Assembly: GCA_963828175.1 (NCBI GenBank)
Contig: CAWHFT010000126.1
Coordinates: 1 to 58,597, forward strand
Direction of reading: 5' to 3'
DNA: 58,597 nucleotides
Source: an uncultured Spirochaetota bacterium
GTDB taxonomy: Bacteria > Spirochaetota > Spirochaetia > Treponematales > Rectinemataceae
Under the pieces are notes generated by a model. The model saw nothing but the letters and a program-made list of their open reading frames with translations. It did no database searches and had not been told where the DNA came from. This document shows, piece by piece, positions 55,894-58,597 of this stretch. Every line of letters starts with the position of its first letter. Position 1 is the first letter of the stretch. Position numbers and translations under genes: made by a program.

Positions 55894-57348
55894 ATGATCC
55901 TGAAAGAGTCCACCAGCGTGCAGCGCCGCTCGCGGGTGAAGGACCTCGCGCGCGTGATGCCCTCGCCGGTAGGGCTCGCGATCGTGAACGACGTGAAGCC
56001 CGCGCCGCCGTTTCCGAGACCGGCGAAACAAGGCCCGTTCTTGACGAATAAGGAGCAGTTCATGAGCTGCGCCATCCTGGACAGGTTCACGATATCGTGC
56101 GAGTGCATCATCGCCGTGTGGCGGAACCCGTGCTCGACCTTGAACGCGAAGTCGATCGCCTCGTCCACGCTCCTCATCCGCACGAGCGGCAGAACCGGCA
56201 TGAGCTGCTCGGACCATACCATCGGGTGGTCCGCGTTCACTTCCATGAGAAGGAGCCGAGTCTCCGGAGGGACGTCGATCCCTGCCGCGCGGGCGATCAC
56301 CGCTGCGTCCTTGCCCACCATGTCCTTGTTCGGCATCGTCGACCGCCCGGGCGGCGCGTCCTTGGACAGCGCGACGCGCGTGACCGCCTCGATCTGGCCG
56401 CCTGAGAGCTCGAAGGCGCCGTTCAGGCGCATCTCGGCCTTCAGTCGGTCGGCGATCGCCTCGACCGCCAGCACTTCCTTCTCGCAGACGCAGACGACGT
56501 TGTTGTCGAAGCTCGCCCCAGCGACGATGTCGCGGCCGGCCTTCGCGAGGTCGGCCGTCGCGTCCACGACGCAGGGCGGGTTACCCGGCCCGGCGCAGAT
56601 GGCCTTCTTGCCGCTCGCCATGGCTGCTTTGACGACTCCCGGCCCTCCCGTCACGACCAGGAGGGACACTCCGCCGTGCCGCATCAGCTCGGCGGCGCTT
56701 TCGATCGTCGGGGAGGCGACGGCGCATAGAAGGTTGCGGGGGCCGCCCGCCCCGACGATGGCGTCGTTGAACAGGCCTATGAGGCGGTTGGAAATTCCCT
56801 TCGCCCCGGGATGCACATTGAAAACGACGGAGTTGCCGGCGGCTATCATGCCGATGGAGTTGCAGGTGATCGTCGCGATGGGATTGGTGACCGGCGTGAT
56901 CGCGCCGATCACGCCCCAGGGCGCCCTTTCCACGAGCGTGAGCCCGTGCTCGTCCGTAAAGGCTGAGGGCTCGACGTCCTCGACCCCCGGCGTCTTGGTC
57001 GCCGCGAGGGCGTTCTTGGCCTGCTTGTCGCGGACGTTGCCCAGGCCTGTCTCCGCGACGGCGTCCGCGGAGAGGGACGCGTTGGCCTGGAGGACAGCCG
57101 CTCGGATGGCCTCGACGATGCATCGCCTTCCGTCCAGCGGCATGCGGACGAGCTCGCGCTGCGCCCGAGGCCGCGGCGGACACCGCGTCGTCGACGGAGC
57201 CGAAGACGCCCGGGATTATTGGCGCGGCCGGCGGGGGCGCGCTCGGCGCACCGTGGCCGTCCTCCATGCCTTTGAGGAGGGCCTGCATCTCGCTCGATCC
57301 CAGCAGCTGCGCGACGATGCCCCGGATCTCCGCCGCCATGTCAGCCAT
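55890..57348 (-). CDS. CoA-acylating aldehyde dehydrogenase (EutE/PduP-like) with an N-terminal encapsulation peptide, frameshifted as assembled (+1 near 57160)
   Basis: ITPVTNP, ICAGPGNPP and FDNNVVCVCEKE (catalytic Cys). The N-terminal 63 aa (MADMAAEIRGIVAQLL...PAAPIIPGVFGSVDDAVSAAASGA) are in the adjacent frame. Length is 1459 nt (3n+1). Confidence 0.85.
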
Positions 57349-57634
57349 GGTACTTCCAGCAGTACTCGCCGCCGCGGTCGATCTGGTCCACTATTGCGAC
57401 GATCAGCGTGTCCATAGGCTTATCCTCGGTCCGCTCGGTCCAGCGGCAGCCTGAGCCTTGAGCCAGAAGCACGAGCTGCCCCCGATCGGCGTCCACCATG
57501 TCGAGGGCCACCAGGTATTCGCCCCGGCCTTGTCCGCCGTGGTCGCAGTCTTCCACGAGGAGCCATTTGGCTCCTTCGACCTTGTCCGATCGCCGCGTGG
57601 CGACGACCGTGCCCCGCACCCTGGCGAGGGTCAT
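57341..57634 (-). CDS. BMC vertex protein (BMC-P, EutN/CcmL family), paralog 2
   Basis: MTLARVRGTVVATRR...WLLVED...ALDMVDADRGQLVLLAQG...LIVAIVD. Confidence 0.85.
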   Translation of the reverse strand: MTLARVRGTVVATRRSDKVEGAKWLLVEDCDHGGQGRGEYLVALDMVDADRGQLVLLAQGSGCRWTERTEDKPMDTLIVAIVDQIDRGGEYCWKYHG

Positions 57635-57933
57635 GACTCGGCCGCCTTGTCGTATACGAGCCGGCCGTCATTTTCGATGTTGTCGACGATCGCGATGATC
57701 GTCGCGTCCGACGGCTTGCCTTTCGTCGTGTCGGTCATGCGGGCGCTGGAGCCGGTGACATAGAAGACTATCTCCCCGGCGTTGGCGCCCACGCTGTCGA
57801 TGGCCACGACGAAATCGCCCTTGGGCTTCATCGTCGCCGCGTCGATCCTCTCGAGGAGCAGGAGCCTCAGGCCTTCCATCGAGGGAGCCTTCTGCGTCGA
57901 GACGACCGTTCCCCTAACCCGAGCAAGCTGCAT
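57631..57933 (-). CDS. BMC vertex protein (BMC-P, EutN/CcmL family), paralog 1
   Basis: MQLARVRGTVVSTQK...LLLLER...AIDSVGANAGEIVFYVTG...IIAIVD. ATGA overlap with paralog 2. Confidence 0.85.
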   Translation of the reverse strand: MQLARVRGTVVSTQKAPSMEGLRLLLLERIDAATMKPKGDFVVAIDSVGANAGEIVFYVTGSSARMTDTTKGKPSDATIIAIVDNIENDGRLVYDKAAES

Positions 57934-57959
57934 CGGTCTTGAGTCTCCCCGGCCTTCGG

Positions 57960-58277
57960 CTATTTCGCCTGGGCCGCGGGTTTTCGCCCCAGAGGCAGCG
58001 CCGCGTCGACGGACTCGTGCGGGCGGGGTATCACGTGAGTGCTTACGATCTCGCCCACCTTCTCCGCCGCGCGCGCGCCGGCATCGACTGCGGCGCGGCA
58101 AGCCGCCACGTCTCCGCGGACAATCGCGGTCACGTATCCGCCGCCGATCTTCTCGTAGCCCGCCAATTCCACTTTCGCTGCTTTCACCATCGCGTCGGCG
58201 GCCTCGACCATCGCCGCGAATCCGCGTGTCTCGATCATGCCGAGGGCATCAGACTGGTTCTCCGACATCGTATCCAT
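57960..58277 (-). CDS. BMC hexamer shell protein (BMC-H, PduA/EutM-like)
   Basis: [28 protein letters not shown]...[23 protein letters not shown]...[10 protein letters not shown]. Confidence 0.9.
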   Translation of the reverse strand: MDTMSENQSDALGMIETRGFAAMVEAADAMVKAAKVELAGYEKIGGGYVTAIVRGDVAACRAAVDAGARAAEKVGEIVSTHVIPRPHESVDAALPLGRKPAAQAK

Positions 58278-58300
58278 CCTTTCGCGACGCTCTAGCCGCG

Positions 58301-58594
58301 TCAGATTCTCTGGGCGCCGGCGGCGAGCTCACGCCCGCCGAGACTCCCTAGGCGAGCCTCCACGACCTTGCGAGCCTCGATCACCTCGGCTTCTTCGCCG
58401 GAGATATAGACCCGGCCAAAGGCGCCGAAGCCGAGCACCTCGACTATGTTGATCCTCGAGGTCTTCTCGGCCTCGTTTGCGGCGTAGTAGGCGTAGCCTG
58501 CAGGCTCCACCTCGAGCACGTACAGCGTGTCGCCGCGGAGGACCATGTTCCCGTGCCTCACCTTGTTGATCAGCTGGGCGTGATGGTCGCTCAT
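58301..58594 (-). CDS. Probable circularly permuted BMC-domain shell protein (EutS/PduU-like)
   Basis: [30 protein letters not shown]...[22 protein letters not shown] resembles the permuted BMC fold order. The start lies 3 nt from the window edge. Confidence 0.55.
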   Translation of the reverse strand: MSDHHAQLINKVRHGNMVLRGDTLYVLEVEPAGYAYYAANEAEKTSRINIVEVLGFGAFGRVYISGEEAEVIEARKVVEARLGSLGGRELAAGAQRI

Positions 58595-58597
58595 GTT

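Overview
This is a 58.6 kb window of high-GC bacterial DNA (roughly 60-65% GC, by eye). It shows strong AGGAGG-type ribosome-binding sites and frequent 4-nt ATGA/GTGA stop-start overlaps. I see five blocks. (A) 1-13.3 kb holds housekeeping genes: a LivF-like ATPase, TrpB2, an MTA/SAH nucleosidase, oligoendopeptidase F, an M28-like peptidase, a LacI-regulated sugar ABC operon with three LacI-type operators, and a long uridine-kinase-like protein. It ends in a decayed class III cyclase remnant and tRNA-Thr(CGU). (B) 13.6-27.1 kb is a complete-looking C-P lyase (phosphonate) cluster, phnF / phnCDEE-x-GHIJKLM. It has non-canonical tail genes (hexapeptide transferase, PHP-family esterase, 2H phosphoesterase), and both phnE permease genes are disrupted. 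(C) 27.1-35.2 kb is a lower-GC accessory patch. It contains transposase/ATPase and integrase remnants and a remodelled arsenic operon: receiver, arsR, arsM, collapsed acr3, an ArsC-transglutaminase-like fusion and an arsC fragment. It also holds a Cys-rich orphan gene and a coiled-coil lipoprotein gene. (D) 35.2-39.4 kb is a SiaA/B/C-like partner-switching operon whose fourth gene is an MCP-signalling-domain protein instead of a diguanylate cyclase. (E) 39.9-58.6 kb is an ~18.7 kb block with every gene on the minus strand. It links a sugar/polyol ABC importer, five SDRs, a Zn-ADH, a 2-hydroxyacid dehydrogenase, an FGGY kinase and a SorC regulator to a bacterial microcompartment locus. That locus has a BMC-H, a permuted BMC, four BMC-P genes, an acylating aldehyde dehydrogenase, DeoC and RpiB; DeoC and the aldehyde dehydrogenase carry encapsulation-peptide-like N-termini. 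This resembles the computationally predicted but experimentally uncharacterised sugar-phosphate-utilising (SPU) BMC class. About ten conserved genes carry single-base indels or a nonsense codon as assembled. Several very long ORFs in the track (956 aa, 557 aa) are read-through artefacts of these lesions. No CRISPR array or rRNA gene was seen. All functional calls come from motif recognition by eye; no database search was run.
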